Source of the DNA: an uncultured bacterium
Lineage (GTDB): Bacteria; Verrucomicrobiota; Verrucomicrobiia; Verrucomicrobiales; DEV007
Direction: 5' to 3'
Assembly (NCBI GenBank): GCA_963977015.1
Contig: CAXBMO010000004.1
Coordinates: 64,001 to 128,000, forward strand
Length of the DNA: 64,000 nucleotides
Shown here: piece after piece, positions 9,520 through 20,012 of the stretch
Layout of the letters: each line of letters begins with the position of its first letter
Position numbering within the stretch: the first letter of the stretch is position 1
Made by a program: the position numbers and the translations under genes
Notes under the pieces: model-generated
What the model was told of the DNA's origin: nothing
Databases searched by the model: none
The model's input: the letters and a program-made list of their open reading frames with translations, nothing else

Positions 9520-11775
9520 ATGCCGCGCAGACCTATGAGCAAACCGCAGCCCCATCTTCTCGCCCGTTGTCCCTTTACCAATTCTCTCTCCAATTACCTG
9601 GCACTGATCGGGCTGCTCGTTTGCGGCACCAGCGCTTTGGGGCGGGATTTCTACGTTGCGGCAGACGCGAAAGCAGGTGGCTCCGGCAGTGGCGAGGCAC
9701 CGTTCCAGACACTGGAACAGGCTCGGGACGCGATTCGTGCGGCGCGGAAAGACGGATCGCTGAAGAGCGACGAGCCGGTCACGGTTCTGGTTGGGGCGGG
9801 GGTTTATCCGCTGGAAAAGTCCTTTGAACTTACGGCGGAAGACGGCGGCGAAGCCAAAGCCCCGGTCATCTATCGGGCGCAGGAACCGGGCACGGCACGG
9901 ATTCGGGGCGGCGTCACACTCGACCCGGCGAATTTCCGGCCGCTCAAGGACGAAGCGGTTCTTTCCCGACTCGATGAGAACGTTCGCGGGAACATCCTCG
10001 TCTGCGACCTGTCTGCGGAGGTTCCGGGCGAGTTCAAGGCGTTCGGAAAATCCTATCGTGGAGTTCCGCCCGGACCCTGGCTTTACATCGACGGGGCGCC
10101 AATGACCCTGGCGCGTTGGCCGAATCTCGACGCGCCGAACGACGGCTGGGCCGGCTTTTCCGAGGTGATCGACAAGGGTCTTCCCGAGCCGGATTCTCCC
10201 GACCCGGCCCGCCAGAAACGTCGTCCTGGGTCCTTTGTCTTCGACGACCCGCGTCCGGCGCACTGGAACCTGGACGAAGGCGTCTGGCTCTTTGGTTACT
10301 GGACCCACGACTGGAGCGACGAGGTGATCCAAATCGCGTCTTACGACAAGGAGCAGAAGGTAATCGCCCTGGCCGCGCCGCATAGCTACGGCATCATGGG
10401 CGGAACCTGGGGCAGCGCCAAGCGCCGGTTCTTTGCCCTCAACGCGCTCGAGGAACTGGATGCGCCGGGGGAATGGTATCTCGATCGCCCGAACAAGCAG
10501 CTCTACTTTTACCCGGCCAAGCCGCTCGATGAATCCTCGATCGTGCTGACCACTTTGACTCAGCCGCTGGTGAAGGCGAGCGACACCAAATATCTGAAGT
10601 TCATCCAGCTCGCCTTCGAGTTCGGACATGGCGACGGGATGTCGCTCAAAGGCGTCGAAGAAGTCGAGATCGCCGGTTGCGAGGTGTCGAATTTCGCGGC
10701 CAACGGCATCACCATAAACGGGCATTACAACACGGTTCGCTCCTGCGACCTGTTCAACCTCGGAAAAACCGGCCTCACCATGTATGGCGGCGACCGCAAG
10801 ACGCTGAAGCCGGCGGCGAATCTCGCGGAGAACAACCACATTCACCATTACGGAATTTTCAAGCGCACCTACGCGCCGGGGATCAGTGTCAGCGGCTGCG
10901 GGCAGACCGTGCGGCGCAACCTGATCCACGACGCCCCGCACAATGCCATCCTTTACAGCGGCAACGAGCACCTCTTCGAGCTGAACGAGATCCATCACGT
11001 GGTGATGGAGACCGGCGATTCCGGCGCGTTCTACACCGGGCGCGACTGGACCAGCCAGGGCAACGTGCTGCGTCACAACTACATTCACCATTTGGGCAGC
11101 TCCGACGCGAAACACACCAACACGATGGGCGTTTATCTGGACGACTGCGACTCGGGCGACACGATCGAGGGGAACATTTTTTACCGCGCGGGCCGGGCCA
11201 TCATGATCGGCGGCGGTCGGGACAATCCGGTGCTGAACAACCTCGTCGTCGAATGCCCGATCGGCCTCCACTTCGACGCACGCGGGATGACCTGGAAACA
11301 GTGGAACAACCCGAGTTATTCCGGTTGGGATTTCGAAGGAAAAGCCAAAGCCGTCAACTACCAGAACCCGCCCTGGAGCGAGCGCTATCCGAGGTTGGCC
11401 GCGATCTTGGACGAGTCCCCGAAGGAACCGCTCAACAACCCGATTCGGCGCAACGTCTTCGTGAACTGCGCCCAGAAAGTCTGCAGTTTCGACGGCAACG
11501 TCACCAAGATGGTCGACGACAAGCTGGAAATCGCCGACAACCTCGCGGTGAACACGACCGGCAATCCCGAGGCCGGAGCCCTGACCAAGGGACTCAAGGG
11601 TTTCACCGACCTCTCCGGCACCGACGACGCTCCGGTCGATCTCGGCTTTGCCGATGCCTCCGCCGGAGATTTCACCCTGAAGGACGGCGCCCGGCTTCAG
11701 AAAGAGTTGCCCGGGTTCGAGCCGATTCCGTTTGAGGAGATCGGTCTGTTTCAGGACGATTACCGCAGCGAATAG
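9520..11775 (+). CDS. Secreted right-handed parallel beta-helix protein (probable polysaccharide-active enzyme)
   Basis: DFYVAA...GSGEAPFQTLEQARDAIR, LARWPN, LDAPGEWY, repeated N.I/N.L beta-helix rungs, GVYLDD. Confidence 0.85.
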   Translation: MPRRPMSKPQPHLLARCPFTNSLSNYLALIGLLVCGTSALGRDFYVAADAKAGGSGSGEAPFQTLEQARDAIRAARKDGSLKSDEPVTVLVGAGVYPLEKSFELTAEDGGEAKAPVIYRAQEPGTARIRGGVTLDPANFRPLKDEAVLSRLDENVRGNILVCDLSAEVPGEFKAFGKSYRGVPPGPWLYIDGAPMTLARWPNLDAPNDGWAGFSEVIDKGLPEPDSPDPARQKRRPGSFVFDDPRPAHWNLDEGVWLFGYWTHDWSDEVIQIASYDKEQKVIALAAPHSYGIMGGTWGSAKRRFFALNALEELDAPGEWYLDRPNKQLYFYPAKPLDESSIVLTTLTQPLVKASDTKYLKFIQLAFEFGHGDGMSLKGVEEVEIAGCEVSNFAANGITINGHYNTVRSCDLFNLGKTGLTMYGGDRKTLKPAANLAENNHIHHYGIFKRTYAPGISVSGCGQTVRRNLIHDAPHNAILYSGNEHLFELNEIHHVVMETGDSGAFYTGRDWTSQGNVLRHNYIHHLGSSDAKHTNTMGVYLDDCDSGDTIEGNIFYRAGRAIMIGGGRDNPVLNNLVVECPIGLHFDARGMTWKQWNNPSYSGWDFEGKAKAVNYQNPPWSERYPRLAAILDESPKEPLNNPIRRNVFVNCAQKVCSFDGNVTKMVDDKLEIADNLAVNTTGNPEAGALTKGLKGFTDLSGTDDAPVDLGFADASAGDFTLKDGARLQKELPGFEPIPFEEIGLFQDDYRSE

Positions 11776-11796
11776 ACGAAAGCGCCGAACGCGCGT

Positions 11797-13869
11797 TCAC
11801 TCTTCGGTCTTGGGAACGAGCTGAAAGGCATCGAGAATCACAAAACCATCGCCGCCGGTATTGCTGACGGTGATGGTCGATTCGCCAGCAGACAATTCCA
11901 CCACGCCGATGGGCCGGAACAATTTTCCGGACGGAAGCGCCTTGGTTTGGTCCACAGTCAGGGTGGTTTGGTTGTCCCCGCTGACGACGACCACGGGAAC
12001 CTTCGTCGCCCGCGTTTCATGGGCGGAGTAAGCCATGCGCACCTCATAACGGCCGGCCTCCGGCGCGGAAAACCGGAAGGTCGCCACGGATTTGCCATCG
12101 GCCCTGTGATCGTCATGCACGTAGCCGGAGCCGACGTGCGGCTTGAAATTGGTCGAGCGAAGCCACTGCCCTTTCAACGTCGCGGCAGCGTCGTCGAGCA
12201 CGATCCCGCCCAGCGTTTTCGGATCCACGCCGCCCACTTCCTTCGGCTTGGGCGGAAGTGGAGGCAGTTCGGGCAACTCCAGCACCTGACCGGCCGCGAG
12301 CAACTGCGCGCGAAGCTTCGGATACGGCAATTCCTGCACAGCGACGTCGTCTCCGGCCGCCAACGCTGCGGCAATCCCGGCGCTCTGACCCAGGATCATC
12401 CACGTCGGTTCGACCCGGATCGAACTGATCGCCACATGAGTGCAGGACAACGCGACCGGCACGAGCAGGTTGTCGCATTCCTGTGGCTTTGGCAGGATCG
12501 AGCGGTAGGGCACCTGATAGGGATAGCCATGACGGCGTCCGCTCATCCGCACGGGAAAAATCGTGCCTTCGTTGACCACCGCACCGTCCGCCGTGGCAAT
12601 GCGCTGACAATCGTGCGAATCGATCGGAAACGACGAAATCGCGATCGGATCCTCCTTTTCCGGCTCTTTGAGGATGTCTTTCTGGCTCACCACATAAATG
12701 CCCTGCATCCGCCGTCCCTCACGGACGTAAAGAGCGGGCGGAAAGTGATCGGTCTCGGCGAACTCATCCTTGCAAAGCCCGAGCCGCACAAATCTCCGGC
12801 GGATCGACTCGGGCACGGCGAGGTCGGTCGTCAGAAAGTGGTAGAACTCCAGCGTGTATTGCCGGTGCGCCTCCCAGATCGCGGCGCGACCTTCCGCGTC
12901 AGCCTCGCTCCAACCGTTGCAGGCACCAACCAAGCCTAACGAGAATTGTCCACCGATCGAATTGTTGCCGTCGAACTTATCGCCGGGCAGATCGTAGAGA
13001 TCGAATCCCACACCGCTCCCTCCGTTCGCGAGATGCCGTCGCACCACCTCGAATCGCGCCGGGTCGTAGTTCGCCGGTTCAGGCATGGCGACGCGATTCT
13101 CAGGATCAGCGGTCAGGCAAAGCCGGAAGCTGTAGGTCATCACATTCGCGTCACCCTCAGCATCGGGACCGGCATCCGTTGTGGTGATCAGCGGCAGCGG
13201 CTTACCTTCGTCGTCAAGCCCAGAAATCGTCAACCGGCGCTTCGTGAACTGCTTTCCGGCGAGCGACTCGCCAAACTCCGCGCGGCCCTCCCGGCCGATC
13301 GTCCAACTCACGCCCGACGCGGCCATGAGGTCGCCTTCGTAAGTCGCATCGACGAAAACCCGCGCCGCAAACTCGCCCTGGCTTGTGATCAGCTTGACGA
13401 TGCGCGCGCCGTCCTTCTGCGCGGATTCGAGAACCTGCCCGGTGAGAACCTGCACGCCAGCCTCGTCCAGCAACTGCCGGGTCACGCGCATCGCGACGTG
13501 CGGTTCGTAGGTCCACTTGGACTGATCCTTGACGCTGACGTCATACGGCAATCTGACGCCGCGCGACGCGTAGTCTTCCGCGATCCGGCGATGCCATTCA
13601 TCGAACAGCCCCACTACGGTTGAGCGCACCGTCTGGTTCGAGTCGCTGAAGCTCAATCCTCCGGTGTTCACGCCGCCAATGTGGTCGGTCGGCTCCAGCA
13701 GAATCACCGACGCCCCCTCTCGTGCCGCCGCCACCGCCGCGCAGAATCCGCCCGGCGTCGCGCCGTAAACGATGACGTCGGCTTCAGTGGACTGTGCCTG
13801 GGAAAGACCGGGTAAAAAGCCAGCCAACGCCAGAATTGAGAACCATGTCAGGGGTTTTTGATTCAACAT
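11797..13869 (-). CDS. Secreted FAD-dependent oxidoreductase (PF12831-like) with C-terminal golvesin/xanthan-lyase-type binding domain
   Basis: DVIVYGATPGG, DATYEGDL, YVREGRR, DSH, IRVEP; C-terminal GIVLDD...W..ST...YVHD...VILDAFQ module. Confidence 0.88.
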   Translation of the reverse strand: MLNQKPLTWFSILALAGFLPGLSQAQSTEADVIVYGATPGGFCAAVAAAREGASVILLEPTDHIGGVNTGGLSFSDSNQTVRSTVVGLFDEWHRRIAEDYASRGVRLPYDVSVKDQSKWTYEPHVAMRVTRQLLDEAGVQVLTGQVLESAQKDGARIVKLITSQGEFAARVFVDATYEGDLMAASGVSWTIGREGRAEFGESLAGKQFTKRRLTISGLDDEGKPLPLITTTDAGPDAEGDANVMTYSFRLCLTADPENRVAMPEPANYDPARFEVVRRHLANGGSGVGFDLYDLPGDKFDGNNSIGGQFSLGLVGACNGWSEADAEGRAAIWEAHRQYTLEFYHFLTTDLAVPESIRRRFVRLGLCKDEFAETDHFPPALYVREGRRMQGIYVVSQKDILKEPEKEDPIAISSFPIDSHDCQRIATADGAVVNEGTIFPVRMSGRRHGYPYQVPYRSILPKPQECDNLLVPVALSCTHVAISSIRVEPTWMILGQSAGIAAALAAGDDVAVQELPYPKLRAQLLAAGQVLELPELPPLPPKPKEVGGVDPKTLGGIVLDDAAATLKGQWLRSTNFKPHVGSGYVHDDHRADGKSVATFRFSAPEAGRYEVRMAYSAHETRATKVPVVVVSGDNQTTLTVDQTKALPSGKLFRPIGVVELSAGESTITVSNTGGDGFVILDAFQLVPKTEE

Positions 13870-13933
13870 GGCGGAAGGCTAGCGGCGAATTCGAACGCGT
13901 GCAAACGCGCTTGCAACTCCGATGTCTCGCCAC

Positions 13934-16513
13934 CTATTTCCGCGCAAAACGCGGACTTTCCACCACCGCCACCACCAAATCCCGGAGTCGATACCCCTGC
14001 TCCTTCGTCTTCGCCAAAATCTCGCGAATCGCAGGCCGGTCGGTGATTTCCAGATCCCGTCCCAGCGCGTGAACCAGCAGTTTTTCGAGCAGACAACGGG
14101 CAAAGGCGTCCTCGCGTTCCATCAGCGCGGCCTTGAATCCAATCATGTCGGGAAATTCCGTTCCGCCAAAGCGGCCGGAAGGATCGACCTTGGGATACGG
14201 ATTGCCGACGGGGTAATGGCCACGCCATTTGCCGATGGGGTCGAACGATTCCAGGGCAAAGCCGGGTGGATCAATGTGGTTGTGGCAGGAGCTGCAGGCG
14301 GAGCTTTCGCGGTGTTTCTCCAATTGCTCGCGAATCGTTGTCGCGCCGCGAATATCCGGTTCAATGGCGGGAATATCGGGCGGAGGCGGTGACGGTGGCG
14401 TGCCGAGGATGTTCTCCAGAAGCCAGACTCCACGAATCACCGGCGACGTGTCGACGCCATTTGCGGTCAGGGTCAGCACGCTGGCATGGCCCAACACACC
14501 GCCTCTTCTCCGGTCGGTCAGCGGAATCCGGGCGAAACGCGTCGTCGGCGAATCGCCCACGCCGTCCTGGCGAAGATAGCGCGCGGGCAGGCCATCGACC
14601 TCCTGTTCGCCGATCTGCGCGAACTGTTCCGGCTTGATGCGGTAGAGCGCGGCCAGCTCTTTGTTGGCGAAGGTGTAGTCGGAATCCAGCAAATTGGCAA
14701 TGGGACCGTTGGTCTCGATCAGGTGCCGGAAATAAACGCGCGTTTCCCGTCGCATCGCCGGTTCGAGCCGGTCGTCGTAGTAAACGCGAAAGCGATGCGG
14801 GTCCGGCGCCATCGAGCCCAGTTCATGGAGATGAAGCCAGCCGTCGAGGAACTCGTTCACGAACTCGTCGGAACGCGGGCTGGAAAGGAGCCGCTCGGCC
14901 TGCGCGCGCAGGTTGGCACGAAGTTCGCCGCCGGCGGCCAGCTCGAGGAGTGGTTCATCCGGCATCGACGCGGTCAGGAAGTAGGAAAGACGTGACGCCA
15001 GTTCATACTCGTTCAGCTCATCGCCTCGCTCCTCGCGATAAATGAAGGCCGGAGAGCAGAGCACCGCTTTGAGTGCTTCCTGAATCGCGGCTTGTTCCGT
15101 CATTCCACTTTTCCCGGCTTGCTCGGTCAATTTGAGAATCGACGTGAGTTCGCCCTCCTTGACCGGACGACGCCAGGCGCGTTCGGCAAACTCGTGCAGC
15201 ACTTCTCCGGCGCGGGAAGCGTCATAGGCTTCGTCGCCGAACACAACCCGGTGGCTCGCGGGCGGCCAGGTTTCGTTGAGCGGCCCCTCCAATTCAATCT
15301 CGTGAAGCCGGACGCGGGGGCTTTCGCCGAAGTGAAACGAAATCCAGCCACCATACTTCTTCTGATCGGCCTCGAATTCCGCAAAGGCTTCGGGTGACAA
15401 CGTATCCTTCGCCAATTCGTTGAAATAGGTGTTCATGCGGTAGTTCGAATTGGTGGGCCCGTTCGGGAACCCGAGCCGCGGAAACTGCCCCTTCTCCAGC
15501 CACATTCGGCATTCGAGCCAAACGCGTTCGTCGTCCGGCAAATCCCAGGTTGCGATGTGCTGTTGACTGGCCTGTTCGTGCGTCGCGGCGTAATCGCGGG
15601 CTTCCTTGTTTTGCGGATCGATACCTTGAAGCGACGCGGTCGAGAGCGAGAGCCGAACTGGCTCGCTTTCATCCCAAAGTGAGGGCCAGCGCTTGAACCG
15701 CTCCTGCTTCAGCGCGTGGCGAAACTTCGCCTCCGCCAAAATCCGGACACGATACCAACCATTCATCGGCACGCCGCTGTCGCTCACGTCGTCGAGCGGA
15801 TGATACTTGCCGAAGGGAGCGCCTCCCGCCCCGATTCGCTGGCACAAATCCTGGTAGGGCTGCGGTTGACCCAATTTTCGAAAATAACCAACCGCCTGCG
15901 ATATTTCCTGTCCCGTGGTGCGGTCGAACGGCGGTTTCATCTTCCAAACCTGCGTTTCCGGTTTGGGTTCGAAGTGAATCGCCCGATCGATCACCTCCTC
16001 CGCCGCTTCGAGATATTGGCGCAGCAGAAAACTCGACGTCACCAGCTTCTCTCCGTTCGTCGCAAAGCCGTGCGAGCGTTGGTCGCCCGGAAATTCAGCC
16101 GTCGGATCCTGGCCGGACTCCATCTGAAACAGATCGCGAATCGTGTTGCGATATTCGGTCCGGTTCAGACGACGCAACACGGCCTGGCTCGATTCCTTTG
16201 GCTTGCTGGAATGATAAGCCACGAGCCGCTCTTCGAGCTCAAGGATCGCCGCCTCGCGCTCTTCATCAGTCGGTTGCGCCTTGTCCGGCGGTGGCATGAA
16301 GCGGCTTTCGACCTGCTCCAGACAGTGCTCCCAGATTTTCGCGTTCGTTTCCGTGATTTCAAAATCGACCGTTTCCAGCGACAACCCGCCTTTTTCCGTC
16401 GCGTCGTCATGACAGTCGAGGCAACTGTTGGAAAGCAGGGCATCCAATCCGGAGCCAGCTTGAGCAGCGAACGCCGGAAGGGCCAGGAGAATCAGAATGG
16501 CTAGTCGTCTCAT
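13934..16513 (-). CDS. Planctomycete-type cytochrome c protein (DUF1587/1592/1595/1588/1585 architecture)
   Basis: Signal peptide, heme motifs CLDCH and CSSCH, LRRLNRTEYRNTIRDL, ELASRLSYFL, RGGVLG, TSPVIRGVW. Confidence 0.9.
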   Translation of the reverse strand: MRRLAILILLALPAFAAQAGSGLDALLSNSCLDCHDDATEKGGLSLETVDFEITETNAKIWEHCLEQVESRFMPPPDKAQPTDEEREAAILELEERLVAYHSSKPKESSQAVLRRLNRTEYRNTIRDLFQMESGQDPTAEFPGDQRSHGFATNGEKLVTSSFLLRQYLEAAEEVIDRAIHFEPKPETQVWKMKPPFDRTTGQEISQAVGYFRKLGQPQPYQDLCQRIGAGGAPFGKYHPLDDVSDSGVPMNGWYRVRILAEAKFRHALKQERFKRWPSLWDESEPVRLSLSTASLQGIDPQNKEARDYAATHEQASQQHIATWDLPDDERVWLECRMWLEKGQFPRLGFPNGPTNSNYRMNTYFNELAKDTLSPEAFAEFEADQKKYGGWISFHFGESPRVRLHEIELEGPLNETWPPASHRVVFGDEAYDASRAGEVLHEFAERAWRRPVKEGELTSILKLTEQAGKSGMTEQAAIQEALKAVLCSPAFIYREERGDELNEYELASRLSYFLTASMPDEPLLELAAGGELRANLRAQAERLLSSPRSDEFVNEFLDGWLHLHELGSMAPDPHRFRVYYDDRLEPAMRRETRVYFRHLIETNGPIANLLDSDYTFANKELAALYRIKPEQFAQIGEQEVDGLPARYLRQDGVGDSPTTRFARIPLTDRRRGGVLGHASVLTLTANGVDTSPVIRGVWLLENILGTPPSPPPPDIPAIEPDIRGATTIREQLEKHRESSACSSCHNHIDPPGFALESFDPIGKWRGHYPVGNPYPKVDPSGRFGGTEFPDMIGFKAALMEREDAFARCLLEKLLVHALGRDLEITDRPAIREILAKTKEQGYRLRDLVVAVVESPRFARK

Positions 16514-17739
16514 GCGAATTCCCCCAGAGTTCCCGTGCTTTGACCAAATCGCTCCGTCTCAACGCCGAACCGCTGTGCCATGGTCAGGTAGAGATTGGAT
16601 AAGGGGATCCGGCGTGACTTCTCCGATGGCAACGCTGCGTGGGTAACGTGCTGGTGGCCACCACCGGCGAGCAAAATCGGCAGTTTCGAATTGGTGTGCG
16701 CGCTGCCGTCGCCCATTCCGCTGCCGAAGAGAATCTGGGTCGAATCGAGCAAGCCCAACGCATCGAGTTTGGCGACAAACTTTGCGACATGATCGAGTTG
16801 ATACTTCTCGATCGCGCGCTGTCCCGCCATCAGGGTTGGATCCTTGCCGTGATGCGAATAGGCGTGATATCCCTTCGGATTGAGCCCAACCCCTTTCGCG
16901 TCAAAACCGCCGGGAACCTCGATCGTGGCGATGTGGGTCGAATTCGTTTCCAACGCGAGCGCGATCAAATCAAACAGAATCGGCAACTGCTCGGTCACGG
17001 TCCCGTCTTTCGGCTCGGTCAAATCGACTTCCGGACGCGGCCGGTGGACCCATTCCTTTTCCTGCTCGATCGCGACTTCCACTTCGCGGACCGAGGTGAG
17101 GTATTGATCCAGTTTCGCCTGGTCGCGCCTACTAAGCCGCTTCTGCATCGTGTTCGCCTGCTCCAACACCGCATCCAGAATCGAACCATGCCGGTCGTAG
17201 CGCTCACTTCGCGCGGTGGCAGCGGCTTCGGAGTCGCTGACGAACAGCAGTTTGAAGACCCGGCTCACCTTCTGAATCGCCGGAACCAACACGCCGGAGC
17301 GCGTCCATGAAAGTTCGCACGAGCCGCCCCGGTTGCTGCCGGCCGAGGTGTTGAGCACGGGGAACCGCGTCTTCCCGGCATTGGCCTCGGCGAGAAACTG
17401 ATCCAGCGTGACATTCCCGTCCGGCATCACCGATGCTTCCTGGGTGCGGACGCCGGAGAGAAAGGCATGCGTCCCGGCATGACCGCCGCTGATTCCGTGG
17501 TCGAGGTTGGAAAACACGGTAAACTTGCCGCGAAGCTCTTCGAAGGCGGTCAGGTTTTCGGGCAACGCCGCCTCGAGCCCCGTCTCGCTCGGGAAAAAGG
17601 CATCGGCAATCATCCCGAAGGGGTTGGCGACGCAGACGAAACGCTGCGCCGTGGGTGGAGTCTCCGCCCGGGCGAACGTTTCGAGAAACGGCAGAGCCAG
17701 GCACGCGCCCGGCCCGCGAAGAAAATGGCGACGATTCAT
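16510..17739 (-). CDS. DUF1552 (HXXSHH) protein, partner of the DUF1592 gene
   Basis: MNRRHFLRG..ACLALPFLE Tat-like leader, YHAYSHH, GSGMGDGSAH, NLYLT; 4-bp overlap with the downstream gene. Confidence 0.92.
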   Translation of the reverse strand: MNRRHFLRGPGACLALPFLETFARAETPPTAQRFVCVANPFGMIADAFFPSETGLEAALPENLTAFEELRGKFTVFSNLDHGISGGHAGTHAFLSGVRTQEASVMPDGNVTLDQFLAEANAGKTRFPVLNTSAGSNRGGSCELSWTRSGVLVPAIQKVSRVFKLLFVSDSEAAATARSERYDRHGSILDAVLEQANTMQKRLSRRDQAKLDQYLTSVREVEVAIEQEKEWVHRPRPEVDLTEPKDGTVTEQLPILFDLIALALETNSTHIATIEVPGGFDAKGVGLNPKGYHAYSHHGKDPTLMAGQRAIEKYQLDHVAKFVAKLDALGLLDSTQILFGSGMGDGSAHTNSKLPILLAGGGHQHVTHAALPSEKSRRIPLSNLYLTMAQRFGVETERFGQSTGTLGEFA

Positions 17740-17889
17740 AGGCGGGCAAAAGAACCGGGGTCTTCAGTGTTCGCAAGCTGGAAGATGCCGGATTCGCTCC
17801 GAAAGCCGCGCAGATCTCCCATCGAATTCTCGATTCGCCGTTGCCAACATCTCGATTAGGTCCTAGATCGTTCGATCCATTAATCCCCC

Positions 17890-19986
17890 ATGAACCCCAC
17901 ACCGCAACCACTCCGATCGCGCCATCTTCTTCTCATTCTGAAGCTGATCGCCATTTTCTTGATTCCTTCGGCCCTCCCGGCTGCGGAGGCACCGGCCAAC
18001 CGCATTCTTTCCGATGTCGCCTACAAGACCGGCGATACCCTGACCGACTACGAAACGGAGCGATGCAAGCTCGATGTTTATCTGCCTGACAGCGGTGAAA
18101 ACTGGCCCGTCCTCGTCTGGTTTCACGGCGGTGGGTTGAAGGCTGGCGACAAGCGCGGCACGCCGACGGACGGAGTGAAGCCCGAATTCATGGCCACGAG
18201 CCTCGCCAAGGCGGGCGTCGCCGTGGTCTGCCCAAACTACCGATTCAGCCCCACGGTCAAGTTTCCCGCTTATCTCGAAGACGCGGCCGCGAGTGTGGCT
18301 TGGGCAAAGCAGAATCTCGCCAAGCACGGCGCCGACGTCGAGCAACTGTTCATCGGTGGACATTCCGCGGGCGGATGGATCACGTTCATGCTCGGCCTCG
18401 ACTCGGGTTACCTGGAAACGGCAGGCCTTTCCCTCGATGAAATCGCCGGGCTGATTCCGGTGAGTGGCCAGACGATCACCCACACCACCGTACGTGAAGA
18501 ACGAGGATTCGGGCGCTACACCCTCGTCGCGGACGAAGCGGCCCCGGGTTTCCACGTTCGCAAGGACACCCCGCCGATGCTCGTCATCTACGCCGACAAC
18601 GACATGCTCGCGCGCGCCGACGAGAACGAATTGTTGGTCGAGATGATGAAGGGCGCGGGCAACAAGGGCGTCCGGAGTTTGAAAGTCGCGGACCGCAATC
18701 ACGGGACCATCGCGAGTAAAATCGCCGACGAGGATGATCCGGCGCGGAACGCGATTTTGGAGTTCATGAGCGTTGAGACTCCGAGCGCCAAGCGGACCGC
18801 CGCGCGGATTGACGCGGTGATGAAGACTCCGGGCGTGGTTGCGTTCTGGGATTTCGTGAAACGCGAGCAAGACGAACCGCGACGCTTCACCGCCCATGTT
18901 CCTCCGGGAGCCGCGACCGAATATCCCCTCGACGCCGGAAACTACATCAAGGATTTCTGGGGCGCGGGCCGCGAGGCGACCTATGCCGATTTTCCCCTGC
19001 TCGGGCGCGGTCCCTTTGGGGAAGCCATCCAAATCAAAAAAGAGAGGAACCCCAATTTTCGGCCTTTCCTCTTCATCCCGCGTTCGCGGCTGCATGACAC
19101 GCCACTCGATATCAAGGGCGAGGGCAAATCCGTGACCGTGGTGGTGTGGGCGATTCGCGAGAGCGGAAATCACGCGCTCGCGGGCATTTGGCACGAGGGA
19201 ACGGACCTGGTGCAGAAGGAAACCACCGGAATTCAAAAGGTGGAGCGCGGGCAACGCCAATACGCCCTGTTTGCGGGGCTCAACAAAACCGGCAGTGCCT
19301 GCGGGCACGTCTCGGAAAACGGGGCCAGCTCGTTTCTGAACAAGTATGCGCTGCACAAGTGCAATTCCGCCGCGCTCTCTCCCGCGGTTCCGGCCGATTC
19401 GCCGGCCGACGTGCTCGACGCCTCCTGGCAGTGCTTTGCGATGACTTTTGACAATGCGACGGACGAGCTGACCGGCTGGCTCAACGGTGTTTCCGGCGAC
19501 CGTTGGCTGGAAAACCCGAAGAAGGACGGTTTGATCAAGTCTGCCTACAAGGCCTATCTGCAGGGCCACTATAACCGCCTGCCCGGCCTCCAGCCCGGCG
19601 AGGATCCGAACTTCCCGAAGGACCAGTATTACCTGCCGCCTGAAGACGAGCCGGTCGCGGTTGAGGTGCTTCGCGAAACGGCCGACGAGCGGGTTGAACG
19701 GCGCGACTATCGCTTTACCAAGATCGAGGTTACCCTGAAAAAGGACGCCGACGGCAAGTTTTCCGAAACGAGTCGCGACCTCGTGGCGCTGCGCCTCAAT
19801 CCGTGGTGGTATCCGCACGGCATCTACACGCCGAAGGACGCCACAAGCGGAGGCCCGTTCACGATCGGCCGGGTCATCCACAGCTCCCGCTCGGTTGGGT
19901 TCACGGGCTGGATCGGAGGCGTCGCGGTATTCGACCGGGCGTTGACGGCGGAGGAGATGGGGAAACTGACGGCGCTCACCAAGTGA
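17890..19986 (+). CDS. Secreted fusion: HSL-type alpha/beta hydrolase plus LamG/concanavalin-like domain
   Basis: LDVYLP, WFHGGG, GHSAGG, NH in the N-terminal half; VAFWDF...WQCFAMTFD...FTIGR...GGVAVFDRALTAEE in the C-terminal half. Confidence 0.8.
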   Translation: MNPTPQPLRSRHLLLILKLIAIFLIPSALPAAEAPANRILSDVAYKTGDTLTDYETERCKLDVYLPDSGENWPVLVWFHGGGLKAGDKRGTPTDGVKPEFMATSLAKAGVAVVCPNYRFSPTVKFPAYLEDAAASVAWAKQNLAKHGADVEQLFIGGHSAGGWITFMLGLDSGYLETAGLSLDEIAGLIPVSGQTITHTTVREERGFGRYTLVADEAAPGFHVRKDTPPMLVIYADNDMLARADENELLVEMMKGAGNKGVRSLKVADRNHGTIASKIADEDDPARNAILEFMSVETPSAKRTAARIDAVMKTPGVVAFWDFVKREQDEPRRFTAHVPPGAATEYPLDAGNYIKDFWGAGREATYADFPLLGRGPFGEAIQIKKERNPNFRPFLFIPRSRLHDTPLDIKGEGKSVTVVVWAIRESGNHALAGIWHEGTDLVQKETTGIQKVERGQRQYALFAGLNKTGSACGHVSENGASSFLNKYALHKCNSAALSPAVPADSPADVLDASWQCFAMTFDNATDELTGWLNGVSGDRWLENPKKDGLIKSAYKAYLQGHYNRLPGLQPGEDPNFPKDQYYLPPEDEPVAVEVLRETADERVERRDYRFTKIEVTLKKDADGKFSETSRDLVALRLNPWWYPHGIYTPKDATSGGPFTIGRVIHSSRSVGFTGWIGGVAVFDRALTAEEMGKLTALTK

Positions 19987-20012
19987 GCTTTGATGCTGAA
20001 CAAGAGTTCCCC

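Noticed and set aside
9313-11271. 652-aa antisense ORF (likewise 754-1917, 17863-19881, 41112-42677, 49373-50605, 58899-60374)
   Set aside because: Shadow ORFs opposite well-supported GC3-rich genes, with no motifs of their own.
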